Of a DNA stretch of 64,000 nt, positions 48,953 through 60,633 are shown one piece after another. Origin of the DNA: Gloeobacterales cyanobacterium. GTDB taxonomy: Bacteria > Cyanobacteriota > Cyanobacteriia > Gloeobacterales > PMM-0068. A program made the position numbers and the translations under genes. The notes below the pieces were generated by a model. That model did no database searches, was not told where the DNA came from, and saw only the letters and a program-made list of their open reading frames with translations. The stretch lies in contig JBBRSB010000007.1 in assembly GCA_038245785.1 (NCBI GenBank), positions 32,001-96,000 on the forward strand, read 5' to 3'. Positions within the stretch are counted from its first letter, which is position 1. Each line of letters begins with the position of its first letter.

Positions 48953-51900
48953 ATGTCAGTTTCTAGGAAGAATCGGGGTTTACTGTACAGTCTACTATTG
49001 GCAATGACTTTCGGTGTCGGAATTGTTCAAGAAACAAGTGCGCGGACAGTGCGACCCGTGGGCGATTTCCCCGGTGGTGCACTGCTTCCTACTGGGCAAG
49101 TGATTACGCCTAGCGCCGCACCGGGTTCCACTTTTGCCCCCCTCTCGACAGGTCTCCGTCCTGATGGCAGTGCCGATGCGTCTGGAGCCGTATCAACCCA
49201 ACTCAGCCCTGATGGCAAGACGCTTCTAGTGCTAACCAGTGGGTATAATCTGAATTTCAATAAGCAGGATAATACCAAAACAGCTATTACCTATCCGGTT
49301 TTGGATCCAGTTACTGGTCAGCCCAGCGCGATAACCACTGGCAAGGCAGAATGGGTTTTTGTCTTTGACGTAAGCCAGGGCAAGCTGGTCAAAAAGCAGC
49401 AAATCAATATTCCCAATACTTATAACGGACTAAGTTGGGCAGCAGACGGGCAGCACTTTTATGTGTCAGGCGGAATCGACGATCGCGTCTTCGTCTACAA
49501 ACTAGAAGGGGACAAATTCGTGCCCGATGCTCCATTTATCTTACTCGGTCACAACTCAAACCAAACTGCTCCGTTTCCTAAATACGATGGTGGCTTGCTC
49601 AAGGGCACACCTGCTGACGTGGCAAACGATTTGTTAAAAACCGGCGCTGTGGTGGCTGGGGTTGCCATTAGTCAAGACGGTAAAACTCTAGTTGCTGCTA
49701 ACTTCGAAAATGATTCCATTTCCATTGTCAATACTGAAACCCGACAAGTTGTGCAAGATATTAAGTTTTTTGTCCCTGGTGGTGAGGTTGCGACTGGAGA
49801 ATTTCCCTTTGATGTCACTATTAAGAACGATGCCAACGGTGCAGCGGAAAAAGTATTCGTGACCAGTCAGCGCGACGACGAAGTGCTGGCGGTGGAGATT
49901 GCGAGTCAAGCTGTCACTCGCATTCCAGTTGGTGCTCAGCCCAACAAAGCCATCCTTTCTCCGGATCAATCTCGTTTGTACATCGCCAATGGTAACAGCG
50001 ACAACGTTTCGGTAATTGATACCAAGACGAATCAAGTGGTGGATACGATTCCTCTGTATCGCAAGAATGACGAAGAAGAAAAGTACAAAGGTGCCAACCC
50101 CAACTCCCTAGCACTCAGCCCCGATGGCAAGACGCTGTATGTAACCCTCGGTGGTGAGAATGCTGTGGCAGTCGTCAACCTCAGCAACCGTCGGGTTATA
50201 GGTCGCATTCCCACCGGATGGTATCCCAATTCCGTCAGCGTCAGCGCTGATGGTAGAAAGCTATTTGTTGTCAATGCCAAAAGCAACATCGGCCCGGCTC
50301 CAGCGGCAGGGCGCACCACAGCTGCTGGGAAAGCGCGCAATACGACATCAAGAGCAGAATACACGTGGGCACTGGAAAAAGCGGGAATTGCCGTGATTCC
50401 GGTGCCTGATCGCGGTACGCTTGCCTATCTCTCTAACCAGGTTAATCAGAATAACGGTTTCCAAAATCGGGGCAAAGACAAGATGATGAAGTTCTTAAAC
50501 AAGAAAATTAAGCACGTCATCTATGTCGTTAAAGAAAATCGCACCTACGACCAGGTCTTAGGTGATTTACCCATAGGAAATGGCGATCCGGCCTTAGCCC
50601 TCTTTCCAGAGAGAATTTCTCCTAATCACCACAAACTGGCGACAGATTTTGTCACCTTTGACAACTTCTATGACAGTGGAGAATCAAGCGGTGTGGGTTG
50701 GAATTGGTCAACCTATGGGCGAACCACCGATTACACCGAAAAATCTCAGTCCGTGCTTTACGGCAATGCTGGGTTCAATGGCTTAACCTATGACTACGAG
50801 GGCACGAACCGCAATGTCAACCAAGCACTGCCCCAGACAGGAACCGACCTATTAAATAGTCGAGTAACAGGTCTCCTGGATCCATCTGGCAACTCCTCCA
50901 TCCTGCCGGGGCCTAAAGATGTGGATGCACCCCAAGGAGATGGGGATCTGGATGCTGGCGCAATTGGCGGCTACCTATGGGATGCAACACTGAGAGCGGG
51001 GCAAACGGTTCGCAACTACGGCTTTTTTATTGATCTGGTCTATTACGATACGAGTACGCCTCAAGTTGATCCCACCAAGCCTGATCCGAAAAATCCTTTA
51101 TATATTCCGATTTCTACAACGCCGTTTGCAGCAGGAATTCCGCAGTCTGTTGTTGGCAAAGTGGCTTTACGAGATATTACCGATGTCTTTTTCCGAGGCT
51201 ATGACAACAAAGGGGCAGACATCGATCGCATCAATGAATGGAAACGGGATGTGGCTGAAAAGGGTCTGCCCAACCTCTCCTTGGTGCGGATTATGCACGA
51301 TCACTTTGGCACTTTTGCGCAAGCGACATCAGGACTGAACACGGCTGAGTTGCAGATGGCAGATAACGACTATGCCCTTGGGCAATTGCTGGAAACCGTT
51401 TCGCGGTTACCAGAATGGAAGGAAACGGCGGTCGTGGTAGTAGAAGATGATTCCCAAGACGGTCCGGATCACGTTGACCCGCACCGGTCGATGGCATACA
51501 TTATCTCGCCTTACACCCGTCGCGGTGCCCTTGTCAGTACGAACTACAACACTGTGAGCCTGATTCGGACGATGGAAGATATCTTAGGCATTGGCTACCT
51601 GGGCATCACCGACGCCAACGCCGAAGCAATGTCCGATGCGTTTACCCAAAATCCCGACTTCACCCCGTACACAGCAGTTGTTCCGGGCAACCTATGTGCC
51701 GCCCCCGTGGATCCCAACTTAGTACCAGATTGTGGTAATCCTCAAGTCATCAAAACGGCAGCCGTGCCCATTCTAAAAAATGTTGCCTGGTGGAAAGACA
51801 AAACCAAAGATTTCTTCTTTGGCAAAGAAGACTCACTCGATGCCCAAAAGTTCAATCGAATTGTTTGGGCAGGGATTCGGGGTGAGAAAACTCCCTATCC

Positions 51901-52000
51901 AGAAAAGCGCAGTCGGTTAGACTTGCGCCAAAACCGCACTCAACTCCTACGAAAGTGGAGTTTGAGCAATGCTCAGGCATCCGTGAACTTGAAAAAATAG
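48953..52000 (+). CDS. YncE/YVTN beta-propeller + phosphoesterase family protein (secreted)
   Basis: Signal peptide, repeated LSPDGKTLYV blades, IKHVIYVVKENRTYDQVLGD, EDDSQDGPDHVD. Confidence 0.88.
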   Translation: MSVSRKNRGLLYSLLLAMTFGVGIVQETSARTVRPVGDFPGGALLPTGQVITPSAAPGSTFAPLSTGLRPDGSADASGAVSTQLSPDGKTLLVLTSGYNLNFNKQDNTKTAITYPVLDPVTGQPSAITTGKAEWVFVFDVSQGKLVKKQQINIPNTYNGLSWAADGQHFYVSGGIDDRVFVYKLEGDKFVPDAPFILLGHNSNQTAPFPKYDGGLLKGTPADVANDLLKTGAVVAGVAISQDGKTLVAANFENDSISIVNTETRQVVQDIKFFVPGGEVATGEFPFDVTIKNDANGAAEKVFVTSQRDDEVLAVEIASQAVTRIPVGAQPNKAILSPDQSRLYIANGNSDNVSVIDTKTNQVVDTIPLYRKNDEEEKYKGANPNSLALSPDGKTLYVTLGGENAVAVVNLSNRRVIGRIPTGWYPNSVSVSADGRKLFVVNAKSNIGPAPAAGRTTAAGKARNTTSRAEYTWALEKAGIAVIPVPDRGTLAYLSNQVNQNNGFQNRGKDKMMKFLNKKIKHVIYVVKENRTYDQVLGDLPIGNGDPALALFPERISPNHHKLATDFVTFDNFYDSGESSGVGWNWSTYGRTTDYTEKSQSVLYGNAGFNGLTYDYEGTNRNVNQALPQTGTDLLNSRVTGLLDPSGNSSILPGPKDVDAPQGDGDLDAGAIGGYLWDATLRAGQTVRNYGFFIDLVYYDTSTPQVDPTKPDPKNPLYIPISTTPFAAGIPQSVVGKVALRDITDVFFRGYDNKGADIDRINEWKRDVAEKGLPNLSLVRIMHDHFGTFAQATSGLNTAELQMADNDYALGQLLETVSRLPEWKETAVVVVEDDSQDGPDHVDPHRSMAYIISPYTRRGALVSTNYNTVSLIRTMEDILGIGYLGITDANAEAMSDAFTQNPDFTPYTAVVPGNLCAAPVDPNLVPDCGNPQVIKTAAVPILKNVAWWKDKTKDFFFGKEDSLDAQKFNRIVWAGIRGEKTPYPEKRSRLDLRQNRTQLLRKWSLSNAQASVNLKK

Positions 52001-52093
52001 TTAATCTACGGGCAATTTTCTCAAAAATATCGGTTCCAGAAATGTCTTCTGTAGGCAATCTCTGAGTCTTGTAGCTAACTAAAGGAGTTTCTT

Positions 52094-52366
52094 ATGAAAT
52101 ACTGGCCTGCTCTACTGCTTGTCTTCATCTTGTCAGCACCTGTGCTTGCTAGAGAAAAAGTGAATATCAATAAAGCACCGATTACAGTCCTTGATACTTT
52201 AGAGGTGGGCGGGACTGGGGCTTTATTCTCTGAACGGATTCAGGGGGCACGCCCTTACCAGAAACCAGAAGACTTAGTGACCAAGAAAGCTATCAGTCCT
52301 GCAGAGTTTGAGGCTATTAAAAATTTGATCACCGTGGGCGAAACCAATAGCGAGCCCAATAAGTAG
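52094..52366 (+). CDS. Small secreted ComEA-like HhH protein
   Basis: Signal peptide, KVNINKA...RPYQKPEDLV...FEAIKNLITV. AAGGAG RBS. Confidence 0.75.
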   Translation: MKYWPALLLVFILSAPVLAREKVNINKAPITVLDTLEVGGTGALFSERIQGARPYQKPEDLVTKKAISPAEFEAIKNLITVGETNSEPNK

Positions 52367-52468
52367 TTCTCTACTCGGTTTTACACCTTTGAACTGAGTT
52401 GTTGTTTCGCAATCTCTAGGATCGCTGGGGGAGTCCTGGCTCTGGTAATAATCGTAAGGAAAAAGATT

Positions 52469-54094
52469 ATGGTTAAGTCTTGGCTTGTAGCCGCAGCCAC
52501 GGCCTATTTGTCGAGTACAGCAGTCTTGCCTGTTGCTGCGCTGCCAGATACTTCCGTATCTAACTTGTTAGGAGACCATGCTTCTGTCAGTCAGGTAAGC
52601 TCTGTTTCAGAATTGACAGACGTGGACCCGAGTAGTTGGGCGTTTCAAGCGTTAAAGTCCTTGGTAGAGCGCTATGGCTGTGTTGAAGGATATCCCAGCA
52701 AGAAATACTTAGGCAACCGTCCTCTAAGCCGCTACGAACTTGCAGCAGGTTTGAGCGCTTGTCTAGATAAAGTAGGTGAACACATTGCAGCGGCAACGGA
52801 TTCTCTGACTCGCCAAGAAGACCTAGCAACTGTGCAGCGCATGCAGGAAGAGTTTAAGACTGAGTTATCAACTTTGCGCGGTCAAACAGATGTTTTAGAA
52901 GCTAAGACTAGAGAACTGGAGCAGCGTAGCTTCTCCCCAAACGTTAGACTCACGGGCACAGCTCTATTTGCAGCTACAGGAGGAGGTGCTGGCGATACCG
53001 TTACAAAGCTCAATGAAGATAGTGTGGGGGCCTTTGGAGACGCCGTAGGGGCTGGCGGTGTGGAAGAAGATGAAGTTGATGGCAAAGCTGCTAACGCCAC
53101 AGTCGTATCACGGACTCGTCTTGGCTTTACGTCTGTTTTCCCAGATGGTGACTTTCTATTCATCCTTCTATCAGCCTCTTCAGGAACCACGAGCGCAGAC
53201 GTTTTTGGGGGCGCTGGCGGACTTGCTTATTCCGGCGAGACAACCAATGGCCTAGGTTCTCCTGAGATAGACAGATTAGTATATAGCGGCAGGATTGGGG
53301 ACAATTTTCGTTACTTTATAGGCCCTGCGTTAGAGGCCTTTGATTATGTTGACAAAAATAGCTTTGCTGGAGAAGAAGGGTCGCGCGATTTTTCTAGTTC
53401 GGTGTTTGTTAACAATCCCCTTCTGTTTACCGTCGGTGAAGCTCCGGGCGCTTCCTTCACTTATGACTTCGCAAACAATCTCATTTTTCGGGTTGTATAC
53501 TCGGCTGCCGAAGGGGGACAGTCTTTTGGATTCGGAAGTGGAGGGCTTACAGGTGGGGGCACTCAGTTATTCACAGAGCTTGAAGTTCGTCCCTCAGAAA
53601 GTACAGCGATTCGCCTACAGTATTCCAATGCCACTGAACAAAATAAGGTCTTTGGTGCCCGTCTGCCTGGTGAGAGCATCCTCAATGCTCATCGGGATGC
53701 TTTTGGCGTAAACGCAGAATGGTTGATTACCCCAGCCCTGGGCATCTTTGGACGCTATGGCACAGCATCGATCACAGTGGCCAGCAATACGGATAGCTAT
53801 AGTCCTCTACAGGCCAACACTTTCCAAGTAGGCATAGCCTTACCCGATCTATTTGCGCCCGGAAATACTTTATCCCTAGCTGTAGGACAACCAGCTCGTG
53901 TTACCTCAGGCACGCGCAACGACTTGAGCTTGGTCCCCAGCGGTAATGAAACAGATTTTGAACTGTACTACAAGTTCCTGCTAGATAACGGCATAACCCT
54001 GACCCCAGATCTCCAAGTTATTAGTCAACCCAACAATATTGCCAATAACCCAACTTTAGTTATTGGCGCTTTGCGGGTCGTTTATCCCTTTTAA
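52469..54094 (+). CDS. SLH-domain OprB-type cyanobacterial porin
   Basis: QVSSVSELTDVDPSSWAFQALKSLVERYGC, SRYELAAGL, C-terminal ITLTPDLQ...VYPF. Confidence 0.92.
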   Translation: MVKSWLVAAATAYLSSTAVLPVAALPDTSVSNLLGDHASVSQVSSVSELTDVDPSSWAFQALKSLVERYGCVEGYPSKKYLGNRPLSRYELAAGLSACLDKVGEHIAAATDSLTRQEDLATVQRMQEEFKTELSTLRGQTDVLEAKTRELEQRSFSPNVRLTGTALFAATGGGAGDTVTKLNEDSVGAFGDAVGAGGVEEDEVDGKAANATVVSRTRLGFTSVFPDGDFLFILLSASSGTTSADVFGGAGGLAYSGETTNGLGSPEIDRLVYSGRIGDNFRYFIGPALEAFDYVDKNSFAGEEGSRDFSSSVFVNNPLLFTVGEAPGASFTYDFANNLIFRVVYSAAEGGQSFGFGSGGLTGGGTQLFTELEVRPSESTAIRLQYSNATEQNKVFGARLPGESILNAHRDAFGVNAEWLITPALGIFGRYGTASITVASNTDSYSPLQANTFQVGIALPDLFAPGNTLSLAVGQPARVTSGTRNDLSLVPSGNETDFELYYKFLLDNGITLTPDLQVISQPNNIANNPTLVIGALRVVYPF

Positions 54095-54296
54095 GTACAA
54101 CTCATTAGGAAAAAGAGGTTATGGAGCAGCAAATCATTGCGAGCACTATCAGGAGGATATTGCCGACTTTCAATGCCTTTCATCTTTTGGGACGTAGTGG
54201 AAGTGATTCTATTCCTCACAGGTGAACAGGTAGCGTGGCTTATGGGTGCGATTCTAGTATCATTAGCAGATATGTCTATTAAGGTCTCACGACGCT

Positions 54297-54854
54297 ATGC
54301 TTCAAGGCGTAAACCTCTATCTAATCGGCATGATGGGCTGCGGTAAATCCACCGTGGGCCGCGTTCTGGCAGAGGAACTTAAGTACCAGTTTTTTGACAG
54401 TGACCAACTCATAGAACAGGTGAGTAAGCAATCTGTTGCTCAAATTTTTGATGAACAAGGAGAAGTAGAATTTCGGACTTTGGAAACAGAGGTTTTGTCT
54501 AAGCTTGCGCCCTATACCCGTTTAGTCATTTCTACGGGAGGGGGTGCCGTTTTAAAACCGGAGAATTGGTCCTATCTGCACCACGGCGTCGTAGTTTGGT
54601 TGGATGTGGCGCCAGAGCTCTTATTCCAAAGAATTAAAAAAGATCCCAAGCGTCCCCTGCTACAAACCGCAGACCCTCTCCAAACCTTAAAGAATATTTT
54701 GGAACAGCGTCACTGCTTCTATAGTCAGGCGGATGTCCGAGTCGAAGTCCGTACCGATGATCCCGCGCAAAAAGTTGCTCAGCAGGTTTTAGAAAGTGTA
54801 AGGGCGCGTATAGAGCAAGATGCGCCAAATCGAGCCCAATTCTACGGTCGTTAG
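54297..54854 (+). CDS. aroK: Shikimate kinase
   Basis: LIGMMGCGKST, GEVEFRTLE, ISTGGG, RPLL. Confidence 0.95.
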   Translation: MLQGVNLYLIGMMGCGKSTVGRVLAEELKYQFFDSDQLIEQVSKQSVAQIFDEQGEVEFRTLETEVLSKLAPYTRLVISTGGGAVLKPENWSYLHHGVVVWLDVAPELLFQRIKKDPKRPLLQTADPLQTLKNILEQRHCFYSQADVRVEVRTDDPAQKVAQQVLESVRARIEQDAPNRAQFYGR

Positions 54855-54902
54855 ATCATAGCTAAGGGCGTTAAATTATAGCTATGCACTCAGGCATGGC
54901 TA

Positions 54903-56426
54903 ATGACCACGGGTCCAGATAGCTTCTCGCTCTACTACCATCAACAGACCAAATACACTCCTGAAGGGATTGCACGCAGTGCGAAGCCTCTAGATTGGGA
55001 GAACCAGCCCTATCCCTTCAAGAGCTATCCGGTAGGCACTTCCCTCGATCTCAAGCCCTATCTCCTGCAAGCGGAGATACTCACCGAAGACCCGATCATT
55101 ATCGAAGAGCGCAAACGGATCTCAAAACTGCTCTATTTAAGTTATGGGGTAACGGCAGTCGTGCCCTATCCCGATAATCCCTTCTATATGCGCTCAGCCC
55201 CTTCTGCCGGAGGACTTTATCCAGCGGAAATTTACCTCGTCAGTCGGGGAACCCAAGGCTTTCCAGCAGGCTTATACAACTATCAAGTCAAAAACCATAG
55301 CCTGATCCGTTTTTGGGATAGTCCTGTCTGGGATAAATTTCTCCCCCCTTGCTTTTTACATCCTTATATCCGTCAAGCGACCTTAGCTTTAGTAACCACG
55401 ACCGTATTTGATCGGTCCCGCTGGCGTTACCAAGACCGAGCCTATCGCCGGGTCTACCTGGATACGGGTCACCTTTTAGGCAACATTGAACTTGCCAGTG
55501 CCTTGCTGGGGTTCCACGCTGGTCTGCTGGGCGGTTTCTATGACGATGGTTTGGCGGACCTTTTGTACCTGAATATTAAGGAGGAAGCTCCCAGTGCAGT
55601 GGTAGCTCTTCTAGAAAATCCTGGAGGAGAACGTACGGATTGGGAAGGAAGTTTAGTCCTTCCTTCTGAAAAATGTATCGATTACCCAGAGGTCGAATCG
55701 GGAGCGCTGTTGAACTTCATCCATAGCCACTCCAAAATTGGCCAATCTCCCAGGGGTCCACAGCCCGCAGAAGCTGAGCGGGATAAATACAATTTCCCCT
55801 TCTGCCTCAAAGTTTCCACAGAAGCAGAACCAATTATTTGGCAAGACAAACTGGAAGAAACGATTATTCAACGTCGCTCTACCCGCCAATTTACAGGGGA
55901 AGACCTGACAATCCGTGAACTGCAGCAGATTCTCAGTTTTACCTATCTACCCAGCAAATACGATAGCCAAGGATTCGATCCGAACCCGGAATACTTCGAC
56001 CTCTCGCTACTAGAAACTTTTGTGGCCGTCACCGGAGTTTTGGGCATTGATGAAGGTTGCTACTACTACGCCCCGCAAGCACGAGAACTGCGCCAAATTC
56101 GCTTTAAAAACTTCCGGCGAGAGATCAACTACCTCTGCCTGGGTCAGGATTTGGGACGAGATGCAGGAGCTGTCATCTTCCATACCGCTGACCTGAAAAA
56201 AGCCGTAGACCGCTACGGAGAGCGCGCCTACCGCTACTTGCATATGGATGCAGGACACCTGGGCCAACGCATCAACTTGGCAGCCATCCGCCTCGACTTA
56301 GGCGTGAGTGGGATTGCTGGCTTCTTTGATGACCAGGTGAATGAAGTCTTGGGCATCCCCGAAGACGAAGCTGTTCTATATATCACGGCGCTGGGCCGCC
56401 CATCTCGTCGGGGGAATGGCAGCTAA
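54903..56426 (+). CDS. SagB/ThcOx-family nitroreductase (two domains)
   Basis: RSAPSAGGLYPAE, RRSTRQF, YGERAYRYLHMDAGHLGQ. Confidence 0.9.
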   Translation: MTTGPDSFSLYYHQQTKYTPEGIARSAKPLDWENQPYPFKSYPVGTSLDLKPYLLQAEILTEDPIIIEERKRISKLLYLSYGVTAVVPYPDNPFYMRSAPSAGGLYPAEIYLVSRGTQGFPAGLYNYQVKNHSLIRFWDSPVWDKFLPPCFLHPYIRQATLALVTTTVFDRSRWRYQDRAYRRVYLDTGHLLGNIELASALLGFHAGLLGGFYDDGLADLLYLNIKEEAPSAVVALLENPGGERTDWEGSLVLPSEKCIDYPEVESGALLNFIHSHSKIGQSPRGPQPAEAERDKYNFPFCLKVSTEAEPIIWQDKLEETIIQRRSTRQFTGEDLTIRELQQILSFTYLPSKYDSQGFDPNPEYFDLSLLETFVAVTGVLGIDEGCYYYAPQARELRQIRFKNFRREINYLCLGQDLGRDAGAVIFHTADLKKAVDRYGERAYRYLHMDAGHLGQRINLAAIRLDLGVSGIAGFFDDQVNEVLGIPEDEAVLYITALGRPSRRGNGS

Positions 56427-57346
56427 TGCTCGCTCACCGCAGCAACTAGCACACGGTGACGAGGAGTATTACAGGTTAGCGTCGGTTTAGTGAAGCCATT
56501 ATCGGCAATCGCTTGCTCCAGGTCAAAGGAGAAGTAATCATCCATGTAGGGTTCCGTACTCTTGAGCAGCGTCAGGATATAGGGAGGCATTTTTCCGTAA
56601 ATTTCGGACTTAGGATTCATATCCATTAGGGCGAAGTGTCCACCAGGACGAAGTACTCTCCTTGCCTCTTGAATAATCTGGATGGCAGCGGTTCGAGGAA
56701 GCTCATGGAATAGGAGACACGCGGATACGAGGTCTACAGAGGCTGAGGGTAAACCGGTGGACTCAGCAGGAGCATGGAGCCAGGTGGGAGCCGTTCGATC
56801 TGTGTCCCGTTTCTGAGAACGATACTGGGCTACGGCCAGGAAATAGGGCGACAGATCCACGCCTGTGATTTTTGCCTGTGGATAGAGGGCTTGCATTGCA
56901 AAGGTGCTCATACCCACGCTACAGCCCAAATCCAAAATATCTTGGGGCGCATTCGCTAGCTGGGCTTTGAGAATATCGTGATAGCTCTGCCGGAAGCGGG
57001 CATCCCCTTTGGCTCCTTCCTCGGGCCAGATGCGCCCATGGACAGCATAGGCCGCCACTTCCACTTCCGTTGCTGGTTCCCAGCCCAGGTTGCCCTCTTC
57101 ATAGGCATGGAAAGAGCGCACATAGTAGTCAGGATAGGAAAGATTGGGATTGTTAACTTGGTTAAACTCGGCAGTCCAATCTCTAGCGCGTAAGGCCGCT
57201 GCTTCTTGAGTCCACTGCACACCAATCGACTCGGCCCGTTTGATCATCATTTGACGGGCTTGGTGCTTTGCCAGATTAGCCAGGGGTTTGATGGAGAGGA
57301 TGCCGTTGACAAGGCGGGAGGAAAGTCTGGGAGTGGAAGCAACCAT
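56423..57346 (-). CDS. Class I SAM-dependent methyltransferase
   Basis: ILDLGCSVG, GVDLSPY, LFHELP, RVLRPGG. Confidence 0.9.
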   Translation of the reverse strand: MVASTPRLSSRLVNGILSIKPLANLAKHQARQMMIKRAESIGVQWTQEAAALRARDWTAEFNQVNNPNLSYPDYYVRSFHAYEEGNLGWEPATEVEVAAYAVHGRIWPEEGAKGDARFRQSYHDILKAQLANAPQDILDLGCSVGMSTFAMQALYPQAKITGVDLSPYFLAVAQYRSQKRDTDRTAPTWLHAPAESTGLPSASVDLVSACLLFHELPRTAAIQIIQEARRVLRPGGHFALMDMNPKSEIYGKMPPYILTLLKSTEPYMDDYFSFDLEQAIADNGFTKPTLTCNTPRHRVLVAAVSEH

Positions 57347-57450
57347 AGTAGTCCTAAGAACTGCTTTATTTTAATCGAGGGCAAGGAAGTAAGCGGGAAG
57401 GAATTGACAACCAAAATTAATTTGGGTAAGCGTAGGGTTAGATTTAATTA

Positions 57451-60294
57451 ATGGATGGTCTCACTCAAGCGCTACAACAGCATTTTGGCTTTACGGATTT
57501 TCGGGCTGGGCAGCGGCAGGTTATCGAACAGGTGCTGGCTGGGCAGCACACCCTAGCCGTTCTCCCCACGGGCCGAGGCAAATCCCTTTGCTATCAGCTC
57601 CCCGCCCTGATGGCTCCAGGAACCACGCTAGTCATCTCGCCCTTGATTGCCTTGATGCAAGACCAAGTGCAGGGTTTAGCCCGTCGCGGTATCCACCAAG
57701 CTACTTATTTAAACAGTTCGCTGAGTGCCAGTGAAGTCTATGAACGGCTACGGGGTATCCGCCAGGGTCAATACAAGTTGCTCTATGTCGCTCCGGAGCG
57801 TTTTGGCGACCCCCGCTTTCAGGAACTGCTAAACGAACTAACAATCAGCCTCTTTGTGATTGACGAAGCCCACTGTGTCAGCCAATGGGGCCACGATTTT
57901 CGGCCAGACTACCGCAACCTCGCAGGCCATCTAGATTCCCTAGGAGAAACGACGGTCTTGGCCTTGACCGCCACGGCCACTCCCCGCGTCCGCAAAGACA
58001 TCATCGCGAACCTCAGACGTCCCCTTCAAGAAGTGAGTGCGGATTTCGACCGTCCCAACCTCACATTCATCTGCCGCCAACCCTCCGACCAAAAAGCAAA
58101 AGACCGCGAAGTCCTGCGTTTGCTGAAAGAAAATTCGGGTTCCGCCATTATTTATGTCAGTAGTCGAGCAGAAGCAGACCGCCTAGGCGTTTGGTTAGAG
58201 CAGGAAGGTATGCGCACAGGAGTCTATCACGCAGGTTTAAACAATGAGACCCGTGCCCGAGTACAGGAGCAATTTCAACAGGACCAGCTCAGAATTTTGG
58301 TAGCGACCGTCGCTTTTGGCATGGGTGTGGATAAACCCGATGTCCGTCAGGTTATTCACTACAACCTTCCTACTTCTTTAGAAAATTACTATCAAGAAGC
58401 TGGACGTTCTGGACGGGATGGAGAAGCCAGCCAATGTACTTTGTTTTATGTTCCTAAAGATTACCAAATCCAGAAGTTTTTGATTGACCGAGACTATCCA
58501 GAAGAGGGAGATATCCGCACGGTTTATCGCCGCATTCATCGCAGCCCAGAACCGATTTCTAGAGAAGATATCCGGGCTGATTTTGAAACTAAAGATGAAA
58601 CCAAGGCCAATGCAGCCTTAAAGCTTTTATTAGACCAGGACTGGATCACAGAGGTCACCTCCGGTCATTACAAGACAACTCGCGCCGTCAATAGTCCCAA
58701 GATAGACCGTCGTGCCTTAGACGCCCGCCGAGAACAAACCTATATCCGGCTCAATCAGATTGTGGACTACGCCACAGGGCCGCGCTGCCGCCGTCAAGTT
58801 CTTTTGTCCTACTTTGGCCAGGATTATCACCCTCCTTGTGCCAGCTGTGATATCTGCATGGAAGGGAGAGACACTACGCCCGCCGTCGGCTCCCAGGAAT
58901 CAGACCAGATGGCCCGTGGCCTTTTAGAAGCCGTATCCCAATTTGATGGAAAATTTGGTCGCTCCACCATCAGCAAGCTTTTAACGGGCAGTCAAGCCAA
59001 ACAGATTCAGCAGTGGAATTTGAACCGTTCCCCTTGGTATGGAAAATTCAAAAATCACAGCCTAAAAGTCATAGATGACTGGCTCAAATATCTTTGTGCC
59101 CAAAAGCTGTTAGGCGTCACGATTGGCGAATATCCCAAACTTTATGTCATGAAAGAAGGACGCCAAGCCCTTACAGAAGAAGTGTGGATTGCGCTACCGG
59201 GATTGGGAGGAACTTCCCCAAAAAGCGTTAAATCATCCCTGGTCGATACCTACAGTACGCTTGCTGAGCCTGCCTTAGTCGAAGCATGCCTGGAGAGACT
59301 GCGAGAATGGCGTGGTCAGAAAGCGCGGGCTGCTGATGTTCCGCCCTTCCTGATTCTGCCGGATACTACGCTACGCCTCTTGGCCGAAAAGCAACCGCAA
59401 ACCATAGAACAGCTGCCCCAGATCAAAGGTTTAGGGCCAAAGAAAATTGAACAGTTTGGGCAGGAACTTCTAGAAATCCTGAACAGCGAAGACTTTCCTC
59501 AAGAGGAAGAAGAGCTGCACCCAAGAGAAGAGCGAGTAAGCGTAGAAGTCAGTCAAGAATTGTCCCCACTCCCGCTAGTCCCCGTTAGACAGTCTCTACC
59601 CGTGCAAGCTTCTACAACCCCAACTAAACCTGTTCCTCGCGCTGTAGGGCTCGCTATGCTGCGTGCAGTGGCTCAAAAGAGCCAATCGCGGACTCTTTTA
59701 TGTACAAGCCTACGCAAAGCTAAACCCTGCTCAGCACTTCCGGAAGATGAAGTATACAACTGCATTCATCTAATGATGGCCAAGGGCTATCTAGACCTAG
59801 AAGAAGACACTGTAGTCCTTACAGAACAGGGATACCAGGCCATTGGCCTTCAGCCGGAAGCAGCACTGACCCAGCAAGAACTGTCACAGGAAGATCCTCT
59901 AATCGAGTTGGAACGGATGGCGCAAGGAGGAGCAGTCCCTCCGCAAAAGGTGCTAGAGACTTTGCTGGCATCCCGTAGCGAACTAACCAACGAGGACTAT
60001 CTCCTACTTATCGAAGGATTAGCTTATTACCAAGTCTTAGCCCCGCTCTATCACTGGCTGGCAGAAGAATCTCAGGACCCGCTTATTCTCCAATCGTTAA
60101 TCACGGTCCTAGGGCATTTTGGAGAAGAAAAACGACTTTTGCCTCTGTTACAGCATGTAAATCCAGGGATACGCTTACACACAGTCCGCACTTTGAGTAA
60201 ATTAAGCAAGATGGAATTCTTAACAAAGGCTGCAGAACATGAAACAGATCCCCAAGTGCGGAGAGCTTACCGAGTAGCCTTGAAAAAGTGCTGA
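57451..60294 (+). CDS. recQ: RecQ family DNA helicase with RQC, HRDC and extra C-terminal domains
   Basis: [50 protein letters not shown]...[24 protein letters not shown]. Confidence 0.93.
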   Translation: MDGLTQALQQHFGFTDFRAGQRQVIEQVLAGQHTLAVLPTGRGKSLCYQLPALMAPGTTLVISPLIALMQDQVQGLARRGIHQATYLNSSLSASEVYERLRGIRQGQYKLLYVAPERFGDPRFQELLNELTISLFVIDEAHCVSQWGHDFRPDYRNLAGHLDSLGETTVLALTATATPRVRKDIIANLRRPLQEVSADFDRPNLTFICRQPSDQKAKDREVLRLLKENSGSAIIYVSSRAEADRLGVWLEQEGMRTGVYHAGLNNETRARVQEQFQQDQLRILVATVAFGMGVDKPDVRQVIHYNLPTSLENYYQEAGRSGRDGEASQCTLFYVPKDYQIQKFLIDRDYPEEGDIRTVYRRIHRSPEPISREDIRADFETKDETKANAALKLLLDQDWITEVTSGHYKTTRAVNSPKIDRRALDARREQTYIRLNQIVDYATGPRCRRQVLLSYFGQDYHPPCASCDICMEGRDTTPAVGSQESDQMARGLLEAVSQFDGKFGRSTISKLLTGSQAKQIQQWNLNRSPWYGKFKNHSLKVIDDWLKYLCAQKLLGVTIGEYPKLYVMKEGRQALTEEVWIALPGLGGTSPKSVKSSLVDTYSTLAEPALVEACLERLREWRGQKARAADVPPFLILPDTTLRLLAEKQPQTIEQLPQIKGLGPKKIEQFGQELLEILNSEDFPQEEEELHPREERVSVEVSQELSPLPLVPVRQSLPVQASTTPTKPVPRAVGLAMLRAVAQKSQSRTLLCTSLRKAKPCSALPEDEVYNCIHLMMAKGYLDLEEDTVVLTEQGYQAIGLQPEAALTQQELSQEDPLIELERMAQGGAVPPQKVLETLLASRSELTNEDYLLLIEGLAYYQVLAPLYHWLAEESQDPLILQSLITVLGHFGEEKRLLPLLQHVNPGIRLHTVRTLSKLSKMEFLTKAAEHETDPQVRRAYRVALKKC

Positions 60295-60396
60295 AAACTC
60301 GTGCACAAATCTTATTAACTGAGGGCTACTAGCACATTGAAAACGCTCATATAGTGGTTTAGCTTGTAGATAACAAACCCGCTCCTAATCACGACT

Positions 60397-60633
60397 ATGA
60401 CCATGGTTATCATGCTTTATGGTGCAGCTACCCTATTTCTAGCGGTAGGTATAGGATTTTTATTGACCCGTACAGTTCGTATCTTTTCTGGGTCCCCCAA
60501 TCGTAGCGACTATCCGGAGCCCCCTACCCCTGTAAGTATGGTTAAGCCTCTTCAAAGTAGAGAAGAAGTGATTGCCATGCTCGAACGCCAGTTCCGAAAT
60601 AGTCCGTCTACGGATCCTAGGGACCGTAGATAA
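60397..60633 (+). CDS. Hypothetical small membrane protein
   Basis: N-terminal TM helix. TAATG stop/start overlap with the next ORF. Confidence 0.6.
   Translation: MTMVIMLYGAATLFLAVGIGFLLTRTVRIFSGSPNRSDYPEPPTPVSMVKPLQSREEVIAMLERQFRNSPSTDPRDRR

Noticed and set aside
54903..57346. Azole RiPP cluster (SagB + methyltransferase)
   Set aside because: No YcaO or precursor peptide is present and the genes are convergent. Both are common stand-alone cyanobacterial genes.
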